Assembly (NCBI GenBank): GCA_963805975.1
Contig: CAWDVR010000002.1
Location: 928,001 to 992,000 of the forward strand
Length of the DNA: 64,000 bases
Source: an uncultured Acidobacteriota bacterium
Lineage (GTDB): Bacteria; Acidobacteriota; Thermoanaerobaculia; Multivoradales; SZUA-115
Reading direction: 5' to 3'
Part shown: positions 31,001 through 48,963 of the stretch, piece after piece
Layout: every line of letters begins with the position of its first letter
Position numbering within the stretch: the stretch's first letter is position 1
Position numbers and translations under genes: made by a program
Notes under the pieces: model-generated
Told to the model about the DNA's origin: nothing
What the model saw: the letters and a program-made list of their open reading frames with translations, nothing else
Database searches by the model: none

Positions 31001-32652
31001 CGCGAGCTTCTTGCCCAGCCGGCGCGCGCGGGCCAGCAGCAGGCCGTAGGTCAATCGGCCGTCGGCGGCGGCCACTGCCTCGGCCTCGGGAGTGCGCTCG
31101 GCCTGCCGCGCGCAGAGGGCGAAGAGGCCACCCGAGAAAGGGGGCCCGGGCTCGCCGCTCGCCGCCCAGGTGGCGACCGCCTGCTCGTGCTCGGCGGCCG
31201 TCAACAGGGGGAGCTCACCCATCGGGAGCGACGGGTCCGCCACCGCGGCCCGGGCGAAGGTCTCGAGGTGGCCGATCCAGCGGGCGATGGTGGCGGCGTC
31301 GAAGAGGTCGGTCGCGTAGTCGACGACACCGGCCAGGTCGCGCCCGTCCTCGGCGAAGGAAAACGTGAGATCGAAGCGGGCGGCGGCCACCGGCGGCTCG
31401 ACCACCGAGACCTCGAGCCCGCCGGGACGATCGGCGCCGCCGCCGGCCGGCGCGTTCTGCAGCACCAGCATGGTCTGGAAGAGCGGGTTGTAGCTCGGGC
31501 TGCGCTCCACCCGCAGCCTCTCGACCACCGCCTCGAGCGGCGTCTCCTGGTGGGCGAAGGCCGCCAGGCAGACCTCTTTCGCACGCGCGACCAGCTCACG
31601 GAAGGGGGGCTCGCGGAACGAGGGCTCCCCCGCAAGGTCGGCGCGCAGCACCAGGGTGTTGACGAAGAGGCCGATCAGGCCTTCGAGCTCGCCGCGGTCG
31701 CGGTTCGCGACCGCGGTGCCGAGCGCCAGGTCGCGCCGGCCGGAGAGCCGGCCGAGGAACGCCGAGAGGAGCGCGACGAGCGCCATGAACAGGCTCGCCT
31801 GCTCGCCGCGCGCGACGGCGCCCAGCGAAGCGGCGAGGCCGGGGAGCACGAAGGCCTGCCGGGCGCCCGCCAGGCTCGCGACCGGCGGCCGGGCCCGGTC
31901 GGCCGGCAGGTCGAGCACCGCCGGCAGGCCGGCGAGCGCCTGCTCCCAGGCGGCGAGGGCCTGCTCCGCTCCCGGCCCGCCGGCACGCCGCCGGTGCCAC
32001 GCGGCGTAGTCGGCGTACTGGACGGGAAGCGGCGGCAGCGCGGCCTCGCGGCCCGCGAGCCGCGCTTCGTAGAGCGCCACCAGCTCCGACCGCAGCACGC
32101 CCGAGGACCAGGCGTCGAAGACGATGTGATGGGTGGTCGCGAGCAGCAGGTGCTCCTGCGCGCCGAGCCGCACCAGCCTGCGGCGCTGCAGCCAGCCGGC
32201 GGCGAGCGCGAACGGGCGATCGGCCTCGCGGCCGGCGAGCTCCAGGGCCACGCCTTCGCGCGCCGGCTCGGGAAGCGCCGAAAGATCGATCACCGGCAGC
32301 GGCAAGCGCCCTGCCGGCGGCGGCGAGATCGCCTGCACGGGCGCGCCGTCGCGTTCGACGATCGCGGTGCGCAGCGTCTCGTGGCGGCGGACGAGCGCGG
32401 TCAGCGCCTCGGCCAGGGCCACCACCTCCAGCGCTCCCCCCAGCCGCAGGTGGGTGGTGAGGTTGTAGGAGGCGGTGCCCGGAGCGAGGCGGTCGAGGAA
32501 CCACAGCCGCGCCTGGGCGAGCGCCGCCGCCGGCTCCGTCCCCGGGTCGCGCCGCGGGATCGCCTCGGGCTCGCCGGCGCGCTGGCGCAGGCGGCGGCGC
32601 AGGGCCTCGCGCTGCGCCGGCGTAAGGTCCGCGAGGCGGGCCGCGAGATCGG

Positions 32653-32656
<4 letters not shown>
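28079..32656 (-). CDS. NRPS module 3: C-A-T-R (terminal thioester reductase)
   Basis: HHIVFDAWS; YTSGSTGKPKG, YGPTE, YRTGDL, GKVDR; T domain LGGTSL; R domain LLTGATGFLG, YNQSKW. Confidence 0.93.
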
Positions 32657-39474
<6,818 letters not shown>

Positions 39475-39478
<4 letters not shown>

Positions 39479-41031
39479 GCCGGCCCCGGAAGCGGCGCCG
39501 GCCCGGCAGCCGGCCCCAGGGCCGATTCGGAGCCTGGTTCGAAGGTGGCGAGCGGCGTGCGGCGGAGGATCTCCCGCACCGCGAGCACCAGGCCGAGGAC
39601 CTGGCCGGCGAGCGACAGCAGCACCCTGCCCACCGGGCCCGGCAAAGGCATGCCGCTGAACGGCAGCACGGTGGATAGGACGATCCAGGCGAGCCCCACC
39701 CCCACGTAGGTCCGCGGCCAGGCCGGCAGCTCGGGCACGAGGAGGAGGAGGAGCAACAAGGGACCGAAGAGGGCGTAAGCGTCCGGCTCGAAGGGGCTGC
39801 GCAGGGCGGCCAGCGTGAGGAGCGCGAGCCAGATGCGCGCCTGGCGCAGCCGCGTCGCTCCCGCCACCCGCCGCGCCGCCACGACCGCCAGCCCGACCAG
39901 GAGCAGCGTGTAGACAGTCCCCACCAGCTTGGGCGCCGCCGGCCCGGCCTCGGGCAGGCCCAGGAGCGGCAGCTTCCACACCAGGCCGGGGATGGTGCCG
40001 TTGATCGCCGCCACCGCCCACAGATCCTCGTTGCCCAGCCAGGCGAAGGCCTCGCCGGAGAGCATCCGCGGCAGCTCGAAGGTCAGGAACGAAGAGAACG
40101 GCGCCCAGCTCAGCCAGGCCACGGCCAGGGCGGCATACAGGGCCATGAAGGCCGCCGTCCAGGCCACGGCCCGAAAACGCCGCCGGGCGGCGAGCTCGAT
40201 CAGCAACAGTCCGGGAAACATCTTGCTCGCGGTGGTCAGGGCGAGGAGCGCGGCGCCGGTGGCGAGGCGTCCGCTCGCCAGGTAGGTCATCGCCACCAGG
40301 GAAAGGGCGAAGGTGACGAGCTGGAAGTTACCGATCTGGAGGGTGAGCACCACGGGGGTCGCGGCGAGGAGGGCCGGGAGGGTCAGCGCGACCACCCAGC
40401 CGGCCCGGCCCCCGACCCAGCGGGCCACCAGCAACACCGACGTGGCGAGCAGAGTGAGATCGAGCGCGAACCAGAGCGCCCGCCAGAACAGGAAGTCGCC
40501 GCCCAGGGCCTGCGCCAGCCGCGGCAGCAGCAGGAAGGTCGGCGGGTAGGGGTACTCGTCGACCCGGAAGCGGCCGATGGTGCCCACGTAGTGACCGGGG
40601 TCGTAGAGATTTTCGGCGGCGGCCTGGGACAGCTCGCCCGCCTTCCAGTAGGCGGAGAAGCAGGAGTGGCCGATGTAGAAGTCGTCGAACCACAGCGCCG
40701 AGTGGCCGGCCTGGGAGGGATCCGCCATGAACTCGGCGAGACCGGTGAGCCGCACCACCGCCAACAGTCCGACGGCGGTCCACACCGCGAGCAGCGCCCG
40801 GCGCCCGGCGAAGATCTCGCGGAGGGCGTGAGGCAGGCGGTGAGCGAGAGCCGGGACGGCGGCGAGCGCGCCCAGCAACGCGGCGAGCGCCGCGGCGGCG
40901 AAGGGCAGGCCGGCAGCGGCCAGCAGCACGGCGGCCACCGGCACCGCGAGCAGCAGGCCGATGCCCGCCACGACCCACCGCGAATCGAGCCCTTGCCGCA
41001 GCTCTTGCTTTTTTTCTTCTTCCACTTCCAT
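39475..41031 (-). CDS. GT87/DUF2029-like polytopic membrane glycosyltransferase (GT-C)
   Basis: More than 10 TM helices; NLYDP, YPYPPTFLLL, LQIGNF, K.FP motifs typical of GT87. Confidence 0.75.
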
Positions 41032-41210
41032 AACTCAAGGCGGCTGCAGGCAGACCTCCCCCCAAGGGTAGCCACCGGCAACCGCACCTCTCGATCAGAC
41101 TGTTCGAATAATCAAAGGGCAGACCGGCGCACGGGCGCGGCTGCATTCGAACTGAGTGCAACAGATGGGGAAAAGCGGGACACGGTGTAGCGGCCGAGGG
41201 TGCTTATCGA

Positions 41211-41240
41211 TTGACGCCTATCCCCCGATGCACGTAGTGT
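41211..41240 (+). promoter_or_regulatory. Putative sigma70 promoter
   Basis: TTGACG-N18-TAGTGT upstream of GGAGGA SD and ATG 41269. Confidence 0.4.
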
Positions 41241-41268
41241 TTGCACCGAACTCCCTCGGAGGAATGTC

Positions 41269-44200
41269 ATGCGCCAGGTCACCGGGCCGTGGAAGCGATT
41301 CGTCTGCCTCACCGCCATCCTGGCGCTCGGGGCCTCCGCGCTCCCCGTCTCGGCCGGCGGGCCGGAAGTGTTCGAGAACCTGGAGTTTCGCTCCATCGGC
41401 CCGGCCATCGGCGGGCGGGTGTCGCGGGTCTCGGGCGTGGCCGGCGACCCTCTCACCTGGTACGCGGCCACGGCCGGCGGCGGGGTGTGGAAGTCGGCGG
41501 ACGGCGGGCGCCGCTGGGAGCCGATCTTCGACCAGCCAGGACATGGCCTCCATCGGCTCGATCGCCGTGGCGCCGAGCGACCCCAACGTGCTCTACGTGG
41601 GCTCCGGCGAGGCCAACATCCGCGGCAACGTCTCGGCCGGCAACGGCATCTACAAGTCGACCGACGCCGGCCGCACCTGGACCCACGTCTGGAGCCAGAT
41701 CGGCCAGATCGGCACCATGGCCGTGCATCCCACGAACCCGGACGTCGCCTTCGCCGCCGTGCTCGGCCACGCCTTCGGCCCCAACCCGGAGCGCGGCGTC
41801 TACCGCACCACCGACGGCGGCGCCTCCTGGAAGCGGGTGCTGGGCAAGGACGAGCACACCGGCGCCTCGGACGTGGCTTTCGATCCCAACAATCCGCGAA
41901 TCCTCTTCGCCGGCCTGTGGCAGGCGCGGCGCCGGCCCTGGGAGATGACGAGCGGCGGGCCGGGGAGCGGCCTCTACCGCTCGACGGACGGCGGCGAGTC
42001 CTGGAAACAGCTCACCGGCAAGGGCCTGCCGGAGGGTATCTGGGGCAAGGTGGGGGTGGCGGTGGCGCGCTCCGACAGCCGGCGCGTCTACGCGCTGATC
42101 GAGGCCGAGGAGGGCGGGCTCTTCCGCTCGGACGACGGCGGCCTCAGCTGGAAGCTCGCCAACGGCCACCACGCGCTCCGGCAGCGCGCCTGGTACTACA
42201 CGGTGCTGACCGTCGACCCGACCCAGGCCGACGTGGTGTGGTTCCCGCAGGTGCCGATGCTGCGCACCATCGACGGCGGCAAGACGATCCACAACGTCGG
42301 CGGCTTCCACCACGGCGACCACCACGACCTGTGGATCGATCCCACCGACCCGCGGCGCTTGATCGCCGGCAACGACGGCGGCGTCGACCTCTCCTTCGAC
42401 GGCGGCAAGAGCTGGTTCGGGCCGCCGCTCCCCTGGGCGCAGTTCTACAACATCGACGTCGACCAGCGGGAGCCCTACCACGTGGGCGGCACCATCCAGG
42501 ACCAGGGCACCGCCTCCGGGCCCAGCAACAGCCTGGTCTCGGGAGGCATCCCGCTGGGCATGTGGCAGGCGGTGGGGGGCGGCGAGGCGGGCGACTTCGC
42601 CTACGACCTGGGGGAGGTCGGGCAGATCTACGCCGGCGAGTACGGCGGCATCATCACCCACTACGACGAGGCGACCCGGCAGGCGAAGAACGTCTGCATC
42701 TACCCCACCAACCCCTCCGGCCACGGCGGCGAGGATCTGCGCGTCCGCTTCCAGTGGACGGCGCCAATCGCCGTCTCGCCGCACGACCCGCGCGAGCTGT
42801 ACCACGGCGCCAACGTGCTCTTCCGCTCGCTCGACCGCGGCCAGACCTGGGCCCAGGTGAGCCCCGATCTGACCCGCAACGACAAGACCAAGCAGAAGTG
42901 GTCCGGCGGCCCGCTCACCGGCGACAACACCGGCGTCGAGATCTACGACACCATCTTCTCGATCGCCGTCTCGCCGCTCACCGCGGGCGAGATCTGGGTA
43001 GGGAGCGACGACGGCCTCGTCCACGTGACGCGCGACGGCGCCGCGAGCTGGCAGAACGTCACGCCGCCGGGCGTGCCGGAATGGGGCACGATCGAGTCCA
43101 TCGCCGCCTCGCGCCACACCCCCGGCACCGCCTACGTGGTGGTGGACAACCACCGCATGGACGACTACCGCCCCTACCTGTTCCGGACCACCGACCACGG
43201 CAAGACCTGGAAGAGCCTGCTCGGAAACCTGCCGCAGGACGTTCCCCTGCTCTCGATCCGCGAGGACTCGAAGCGCGCCGACCTCCTCTTCCTGGGCACC
43301 GAGAAGGGGGTCTCGTTTTCGAAGAACGGCGGCCAGAGCTGGGAGCGGCTGAAGCTCAACCTGCCGACCGTGGCGGTGCCCGACCTAGTGGTCCGGGGGG
43401 ACGACCTGGTGATCGCCACGCGGGGCCGGTCGCTGTGGATCCTCGACGACTTCTCGCCGCTCCGCGACTGGTCCGAGCAGACGGCAGCCGAGGCCGTCCA
43501 CCTCTTCGCGCCGCGGCCGGCGCGACGCTGGGGCTACGGCTCCGGCTGGAGCGAGGAGGCGCAGGGCGAGAACCCGACCTATGGCGCGCTCCTCCACTAC
43601 GCATTGAAAGCGAAGGCCGAGGACGAGGTGACGCTCGAGATCTTCGACTCTCGCGGGCGTCTGGCGAGGAAGCTCACCAGCACCGCCGAGGTCCCCGAGT
43701 ACCCCGAGGACGACCCGGACGAGCCATCGTCGCCGCCGGAGGCCGAGCTCTCGGCCGAGCCCGGCCTGCACCGCGCCTCCTGGGACCTGTCCTACGGCGG
43801 CGCCGAGCGCCTGGACAAGGCCAAGGTCGATCTCGGCAGCCCGCGCGAGGGCCCGCTCGCGCCGCCGGGCGCCTACACGCTCAAGCTCACGGCCGGCGAC
43901 AAGGTGGCGGAGGCGCGCCTCGAGGTGCTGCCCGACCCGCGCAGCCAGGTCTCACAGCAGGACTTGGAGGCCCAGCTCGAGTACGGCCTCCGGGTTCGAG
44001 ACGCCATCGACCGGGTGATCCGAGGCGTCCGAGAGGTGCGCTCGATCCGCGAGCAGGCGGCCGACCTCGCCACGCGCCTCGCCGGCCGCGAGGACGCCAA
44101 GCACCTGGTGGCCCAGGCGAAACGCGTCGCCCTGCGCGCAAACGACCTCGAAGCGGAGCTCCACAACCCCGACGCCGAGGTGGTCTACGACATCCTCGCC

Positions 44201-44431
44201 CGGCCGGGCGGCACCCAGCTCTACTCCAACCTGATCTTCGTCTACGAGACCGTCAAGTGGGGCGACGGCCCCCCGACCCAGGGCGCCCAGGAAGTCTTCG
44301 CCGAGCTCCAGGCCGAGCTCGCCCGCCACGAGGCCGAGCTGGCAGACCTGAAGGCCACCGACGTCAAGGCCGTGGACGACGCGGCGCGGGCCCTGGCGCT
44401 GCCGAGGATCGTGGTCGGGGGCGGGAGCTAG
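41269..44431 (+). CDS. Secreted BNR/Asp-box (VPS10-like) beta-propeller protein; one frameshift near 41535
   Basis: N-part FRSIGPAIGGR..GGVWKS in frame of 41269; remainder (SIGSIAV, STDGG repeats) in frame of ORF 41156-44431. Confidence 0.85.
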
Positions 44432-44543
44432 AGGGCCCAACACGGAGGGCTGACCGGTTTCCTTTTTGCTCTTAGGGGTATCTAACCGATCGAGCCAGCC
44501 GCGACGCCCTGAGCGCGTGGTCGAGCTGAAAAGGAGAGACCCC

Positions 44544-45302
44544 ATGTTCGAACAAGTGATCTCCCACCCCCTGGCAGGACGGCGCCTCGATCCGCGCATC
44601 CTGCCTGCCGCCGTCACCCTGCACGCGGCCATCGCGCTGGTCGCCGTGGTGGCGAACACCTGGCAGATCCAGGAGGTCTCGGCGCCGGACATCGTCGAGC
44701 CGTACGTGCTGGTGTCGATGCCGCGGGAGGAACCTGCGCCGGTGCGCCGGGAGGCCGCCAGGCCGCCGGCCGAGAAGCCGCAGCAGCAGGCCGTGACCCA
44801 GCCGCCGCCCGAGCCACCCGTGCAGCAGCCGAACCCGGAGCAGATGACGACGCCGTCCACGATCCCGGACGATTCGAGCACCGATCTCTCCGACCTGACG
44901 CCGGTCGGCGACACCGGCGACGGCACCGAAACCGGGCCCAGCGGCCCTGGCGGCGGCAACGGCGACTGTGTCGAGAACTGCGGGCCGGCCGAGGGCCAGG
45001 GTGAGGGCGACATCCAGTACCCCTCGGCGGGCATGACACCGCCGCGCGTCATCGAACGGGTGACACCCCAGTATCCGGAGCTCGCGAAGCGGGTACGCAA
45101 GACCGGCCGGGTCATGGTCAAGGCGGTGATCGATGCCACCGGCACGGTGCGCGACGCGCAGGTGATCTCTCACCCGCTCGGGTTCGGGCTCGAGGAGAGC
45201 GCCTTGAAGGCCATCTACAAGTGGCGCTTCGCTCCGGCCCGGCTCGGTGAGCGCCCGCTGGCCGTGTTCTTCAACCTCACGGTGGACTTCTCGCTGCAGT
45301 AA
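44544..45302 (+). CDS. Energy transducer TonB-family protein
   Basis: AAGGAG SD; TM with H, Pro-rich linker, PQYPELAKR..G.V.V.AVID..G.V and W.F.PA C-domain. Confidence 0.88.
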   Translation: MFEQVISHPLAGRRLDPRILPAAVTLHAAIALVAVVANTWQIQEVSAPDIVEPYVLVSMPREEPAPVRREAARPPAEKPQQQAVTQPPPEPPVQQPNPEQMTTPSTIPDDSSTDLSDLTPVGDTGDGTETGPSGPGGGNGDCVENCGPAEGQGEGDIQYPSAGMTPPRVIERVTPQYPELAKRVRKTGRVMVKAVIDATGTVRDAQVISHPLGFGLEESALKAIYKWRFAPARLGERPLAVFFNLTVDFSLQ

Positions 45303-45318
45303 CCAGTAGCAGGCGGCG

Positions 45319-45346
45319 GGCGAGACGGGGCCGGCCCCGTCTCGCC
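45319..45346. terminator. Perfect 28-bp palindrome between convergent genes (bidirectional terminator)
   Basis: GGCGAGACGGGGCC/GGCCCCGTCTCGCC. Confidence 0.65.
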
Positions 45347-45378
45347 GCGGTGCTTTCACGGCCTCGCGCCGCCGCAGC

Positions 45379-46155
45379 TCAGTCGAGGATCTGTACCGGC
45401 ACCGCCTCAGCGAGATTGTCCAAGGTGGTGGTGTCGATGGTGATGGTGCCGGCCTCGAAGTCGACCGTGCCGCGGTAGGTCCCCTGGGTCGGGAGGTTGG
45501 CGTAGAGGTCGTTCGAGATCCTCCCCTGGGCCATGGCCGTGTACTTGCCCGTCGTCAGGTCGAGCGTGCCGGAGCTGGCGCTGTCCGCATCGAAGGTGTA
45601 AGTGTTGACACCGGTGACGCGGCCGTCCGGCAGGCGGAACGACGGCGCCGTGAACAGGCCGGACTCGACCGTGATCTGGCACTGGCTCGGGTCCTCGTCC
45701 GAGGGGCTGGTCGAGACGGTGAAAGTGCCGCTGAACGACTCGAGCCGCACCACCTTGCCGCCCATGGAGCGCGGAAAAGCGATGTCCACGATGTGCGGGG
45801 AGCGCTCGTCGATGGTGAGCTCGGTGCTCGTGCCGCATTCCGCCGCCAGCCCTTTGTGGGCCACCGCCTTCGCCTCCACCTCCTCCGGCACCGCGGTGCC
45901 GTCCGGCGAGCAGACACAGTAGATCAGGCTCGAGATCGGCCGTTTCATGTTGGTGCACTTGCCCGCCTTGCCGTTGATCGTGCACGCCGCGCCCGGCCCG
46001 TCGCAGCCCAGGCCGGGATTGCCGAATTGCGGCGCCTTGAGCTTGCAGTCACCGCCGAGCTCGGCCTCGGCGCGCGGCCCCGGCGAGAGGAGCAGGAAGG
46101 CCGTCATCCCGAGCGTGATTCCGATCTTGTGTGAACGCCACCAGCGAGTGGTCAT
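45379..46155 (-). CDS. Secreted hypothetical protein with Cys-rich N-domain and beta-rich C-domain
   Basis: GGAGG SD, signal peptide ending AEA, six Cys in the first ~50 mature residues. Confidence 0.65.
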   Translation of the reverse strand: MTTRWWRSHKIGITLGMTAFLLLSPGPRAEAELGGDCKLKAPQFGNPGLGCDGPGAACTINGKAGKCTNMKRPISSLIYCVCSPDGTAVPEEVEAKAVAHKGLAAECGTSTELTIDERSPHIVDIAFPRSMGGKVVRLESFSGTFTVSTSPSDEDPSQCQITVESGLFTAPSFRLPDGRVTGVNTYTFDADSASSGTLDLTTGKYTAMAQGRISNDLYANLPTQGTYRGTVDFEAGTITIDTTTLDNLAEAVPVQILD

Positions 46156-46265
46156 CGTCGCATCCTCCGGTTGGGGCTCGGTGCGTCCAGTCGCACCACG
46201 AGCCCGACAACCTGGAATGCGGAAAAATCCCGTGGCTCAGCTAAGTCCGGTCCACCGCGCTCCCG

Positions 46266-47066
46266 CTACGCTCGCCGCAGGACCAGCCCGAACACCCGCG
46301 CCAGCAGAAAGAAGCCCGCGCAGACCAGCACGATGGTGCCGCCGGGGGCGAGGTTGAAGGCGTAGGCGAGGGCGAGGCCGGCGATGACGCTCGCCACTCC
46401 GATCGCCATCGCCAGGCCGAGGGTGGAGCGCACGCTCCAGGCGAGGAGGCTGGCGGTCATCACCGGCAGGACCATCAGGGCGGCGACCATCAGCAGGCCC
46501 ACGGCGCGCATGGAGAGGGCGATCGTCACCGCCGCCAGCAGCGAGAGGCCGCCGTTGAGCCATGCCACCGGCAGCCCCGAGGCGCGGGCCCCGTCCTCGT
46601 CCAGCGCCACGGCGAGGAGCGGCCGGTAGAAGGAGGCGAGAGCCGCCAGCACCGCGGCCGAGAGGCCCACCATCCAGATCACCTCGCGGCCGGTCACGGT
46701 GAGAATCGAGCCGAACAGGAAGCCGAAGAGGTTGGCGTTGAGCGCGCGGGCCGCCGAGGCGATCACCACGCCGCCCGCCATGCCGCTGTAGAGCAGCAGC
46801 GCCAGGGCCTGGTCGCCGGCGGTCTTGCCCCGCGCCCGCAGCCACTCCATGGCGGCGGCTCCCGCCACGGCCGAGGCGAGCGCGGTGGCGACCGGGTCCA
46901 CGCCGAGGAAGTAGCCCAGGGCGACACCGGCGAAGGCCGTGTGGCCGATGGCGTCGCCCACCAGGCTCATGCGGCGCTCGACGAGGAAGAAGCCCACTGC
47001 CGGTGCCGCGAGGCCCACTGCCGCGCCGGCCACCAGCGCCATCTGCATAAAGGGGCTGCCTAGCAC
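46266..47066 (-). CDS. Zn/Mn ABC transporter permease (ZnuB-like)
   Basis: RRMSLVGDAIGHTAFAG, LFGSIL, VGLLMV, APGGTIV. Confidence 0.9.
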   Translation of the reverse strand: MLGSPFMQMALVAGAAVGLAAPAVGFFLVERRMSLVGDAIGHTAFAGVALGYFLGVDPVATALASAVAGAAAMEWLRARGKTAGDQALALLLYSGMAGGVVIASAARALNANLFGFLFGSILTVTGREVIWMVGLSAAVLAALASFYRPLLAVALDEDGARASGLPVAWLNGGLSLLAAVTIALSMRAVGLLMVAALMVLPVMTASLLAWSVRSTLGLAMAIGVASVIAGLALAYAFNLAPGGTIVLVCAGFFLLARVFGLVLRRA

Positions 47067-47794
47067 GGCCCGCCTCGCGGATGGGCGTGCGACGGGTCGT
47101 GCCAGAGCTGCGGCAGGCCGGAGACCGGGCCGTCGTAGGTGATGCCACCGCGCACCAGGATCAGTCGCTCGGCGTGGTCCTCGATGGCACCGAACTCGTG
47201 CGAGACGTAGAGCACCGTCACGCCCAGCTCGCGGTGCAGCTCGGCGAGCGTGTCTCCCAATCGCTCCTGGGCGTCCGTGTCCACTCCCACGGTGGGCTCG
47301 TCGAGGGCGATGAGGCTCGGCTGGCCGGCGAGGAGCTTGGCCAGAAAGGCCCGCTGTTGCTGGCCGCCGGAGAGATTCGCGACCGGGCGGTCGATCACCG
47401 CGGACAGGCCCACCTGCTCGACGGCGCGCTCCGCCTGCCGGCGCCCCTCGCGGGACAGTGGTCCGAACCGGCGCTCGACCGCGGCGCGCCCGGCCTCGAC
47501 CAGCTCCCGCACCGTGGCCGGGGCGGACACTCCCAGCGCGGCACGCTGCGGCAGGTAGCCGACGCGGGCGCGGCGCGAGGAGCGGTGGGCCGGCTCGCCG
47601 AAGAGGAGCGCGCGGCCGGCGGTGGGCAGCTCGAGCCCCAGGATCAGCTTGAGCAGGGTGGTCTTGCCGCCCCCGTTGGGGCCGGCGATCGCCACCAGCT
47701 CTCCGGCGTCGATCGCGAGGTCGACCCCGGAGAGCACCGGCACACCCCGGCCGTAGCCGTAGGAGACACCGGCGAGCTCGATCACGCGCTGCAT
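47060..47794 (-). CDS. Zn/Mn ABC transporter ATPase (ZnuC-like)
   Basis: GPNGGGKT, LSGGQQQR, LDEP, VSH; His-rich tail. Confidence 0.9.
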   Translation of the reverse strand: MQRVIELAGVSYGYGRGVPVLSGVDLAIDAGELVAIAGPNGGGKTTLLKLILGLELPTAGRALLFGEPAHRSSRRARVGYLPQRAALGVSAPATVRELVEAGRAAVERRFGPLSREGRRQAERAVEQVGLSAVIDRPVANLSGGQQQRAFLAKLLAGQPSLIALDEPTVGVDTDAQERLGDTLAELHRELGVTVLYVSHEFGAIEDHAERLILVRGGITYDGPVSGLPQLWHDPSHAHPRGGPC

Positions 47795-48687
47795 TCGAGG
47801 CCCTGCCGCAGCCGCGCGAGGTTCTGGCGCAGGATCGAGAAGTAGTCCTCGCCGCGCCGTGCCTGCTCGACGCCCAGCGCCTCGAGCGGATCGAGGACCG
47901 CGGTGGTGGCGCCGATCTCGCGCGCCAGCGTCTCGGCAACGTCCGGCGACACCAGCGGCTCGGTGAAGACGGTGGTGGCGCCGGCAGCGCGGGCGCGGGC
48001 GACGATCGCCTCCAGGTCGCGGGGCGCGATCTCGCCCTCGGGCTCCCAGCCGGCGATCGAGATCTGGGTCAGGCCATAGCGGTCCGCGAGATAGCCGAAG
48101 GCCGCGTGAGCGGTGACGATCTCGCGCCGCCGGCAGTGGGCGAGGCCCTGCTCGAGCTCGCGGTCCAGCGCTTCGAGCTCGGCGGTGAAGCGAGCGGCGC
48201 GCCCGGGCTCGCCCAGCTCACGGGCGATCGCCGCGGCCACCGCGGCAAATCGCCGCGGGTCGAGCCAGACGTGGGGGTCCACCGCGGGAGCACCATGGTG
48301 GTGCGAAGCCGGCTGGGCGGCGAGCAGCGCCAGGCCCTCGATGCGCAGCACGTCGAGCGAGGGCTTGCCGCGGCCGGTGACCAGGTTGTCGACGAGAGGC
48401 TGCAGCCCTGAGAGATAGACGACGAGGTCAGCGTCGCGGACGGTCGCGACGTCGGCCGGCGCCAGGTCGAGGTCGTGCGGCTCGACGCCGGCGGGCGTCA
48501 GGCTGACGATCTCCACGCCCTCCCCCGCCACCCGCTGCGCCGCGAACGCCAGCGGGTAGAACGCCGCCACCACCCGCTGGCGACCGGGCTCGCCGGCCGG
48601 CCCTCCTCCGGCCGCCCGGCTGCAACCGGTAGCGGTGGCGAGAGCCACGAGGAGCAGCAGTGGACGGAGGAGGCGGGAAGCTTTCAT
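47782..48687 (-). CDS. Zn/Mn ABC substrate-binding lipoprotein (ZnuA/AdcA-like)
   Basis: Lipobox ATGC, EPHD, HHH loop, DPHVWLDP, HAAFGY, LDPLE. Confidence 0.9.
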   Translation of the reverse strand: MKASRLLRPLLLLVALATATGCSRAAGGGPAGEPGRQRVVAAFYPLAFAAQRVAGEGVEIVSLTPAGVEPHDLDLAPADVATVRDADLVVYLSGLQPLVDNLVTGRGKPSLDVLRIEGLALLAAQPASHHHGAPAVDPHVWLDPRRFAAVAAAIARELGEPGRAARFTAELEALDRELEQGLAHCRRREIVTAHAAFGYLADRYGLTQISIAGWEPEGEIAPRDLEAIVARARAAGATTVFTEPLVSPDVAETLAREIGATTAVLDPLEALGVEQARRGEDYFSILRQNLARLRQGLECSA

Positions 48688-48737
48688 AAAAAAGCACTTG
48701 ACGATAGCAGCTTCTCAGTAGAGCCCGGCACGGCAAC

Positions 48738-48947
48738 GCCCCTCACCCCAGCCCTCTCCCCGCTCACGCGGGGCGAGGGGGCCAGACGGGGCACACTCGC
48801 TTCGCGGCAGGGAGACACGGCCGGCACAGGCCTGGCCGCTACGTCTTCTGGTTCCCTCGCTCCCTCTGGGAAGGGCGACCGCCGGTCGCCCCTACAATTC
48901 TGGTCCCCTCGCCCCGCGTCAGCGGGGAGAGGGTTAGGGTGAGGGGC
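48738..48947. mobile_element. MITE/REPIN-like element: 43-bp imperfect terminal inverted repeats enclosing a GTAG-type REP
   Basis: 48738-48780 vs reverse complement of 48905-48947 differ at 3 positions; internal GTAGGGGCGACCGGCGGTCGCCC on minus strand at about 48873-48895. Confidence 0.7.
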
Positions 48948-48963
48948 GCCGCAACGGCAGCAC

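Noticed and set aside
44450-44485. Possible ECF-sigma promoter (TGACC...GTATCTAA) upstream of tonB
   Set aside because: Spacing and consensus cannot be validated from one instance
48695-48722. Possible Zur/Fur box upstream of znuA (TACTGAGAAGCTGCTATCGTCAAG on minus strand)
   Set aside because: Dyad symmetry is too weak to call without a lineage-specific matrix
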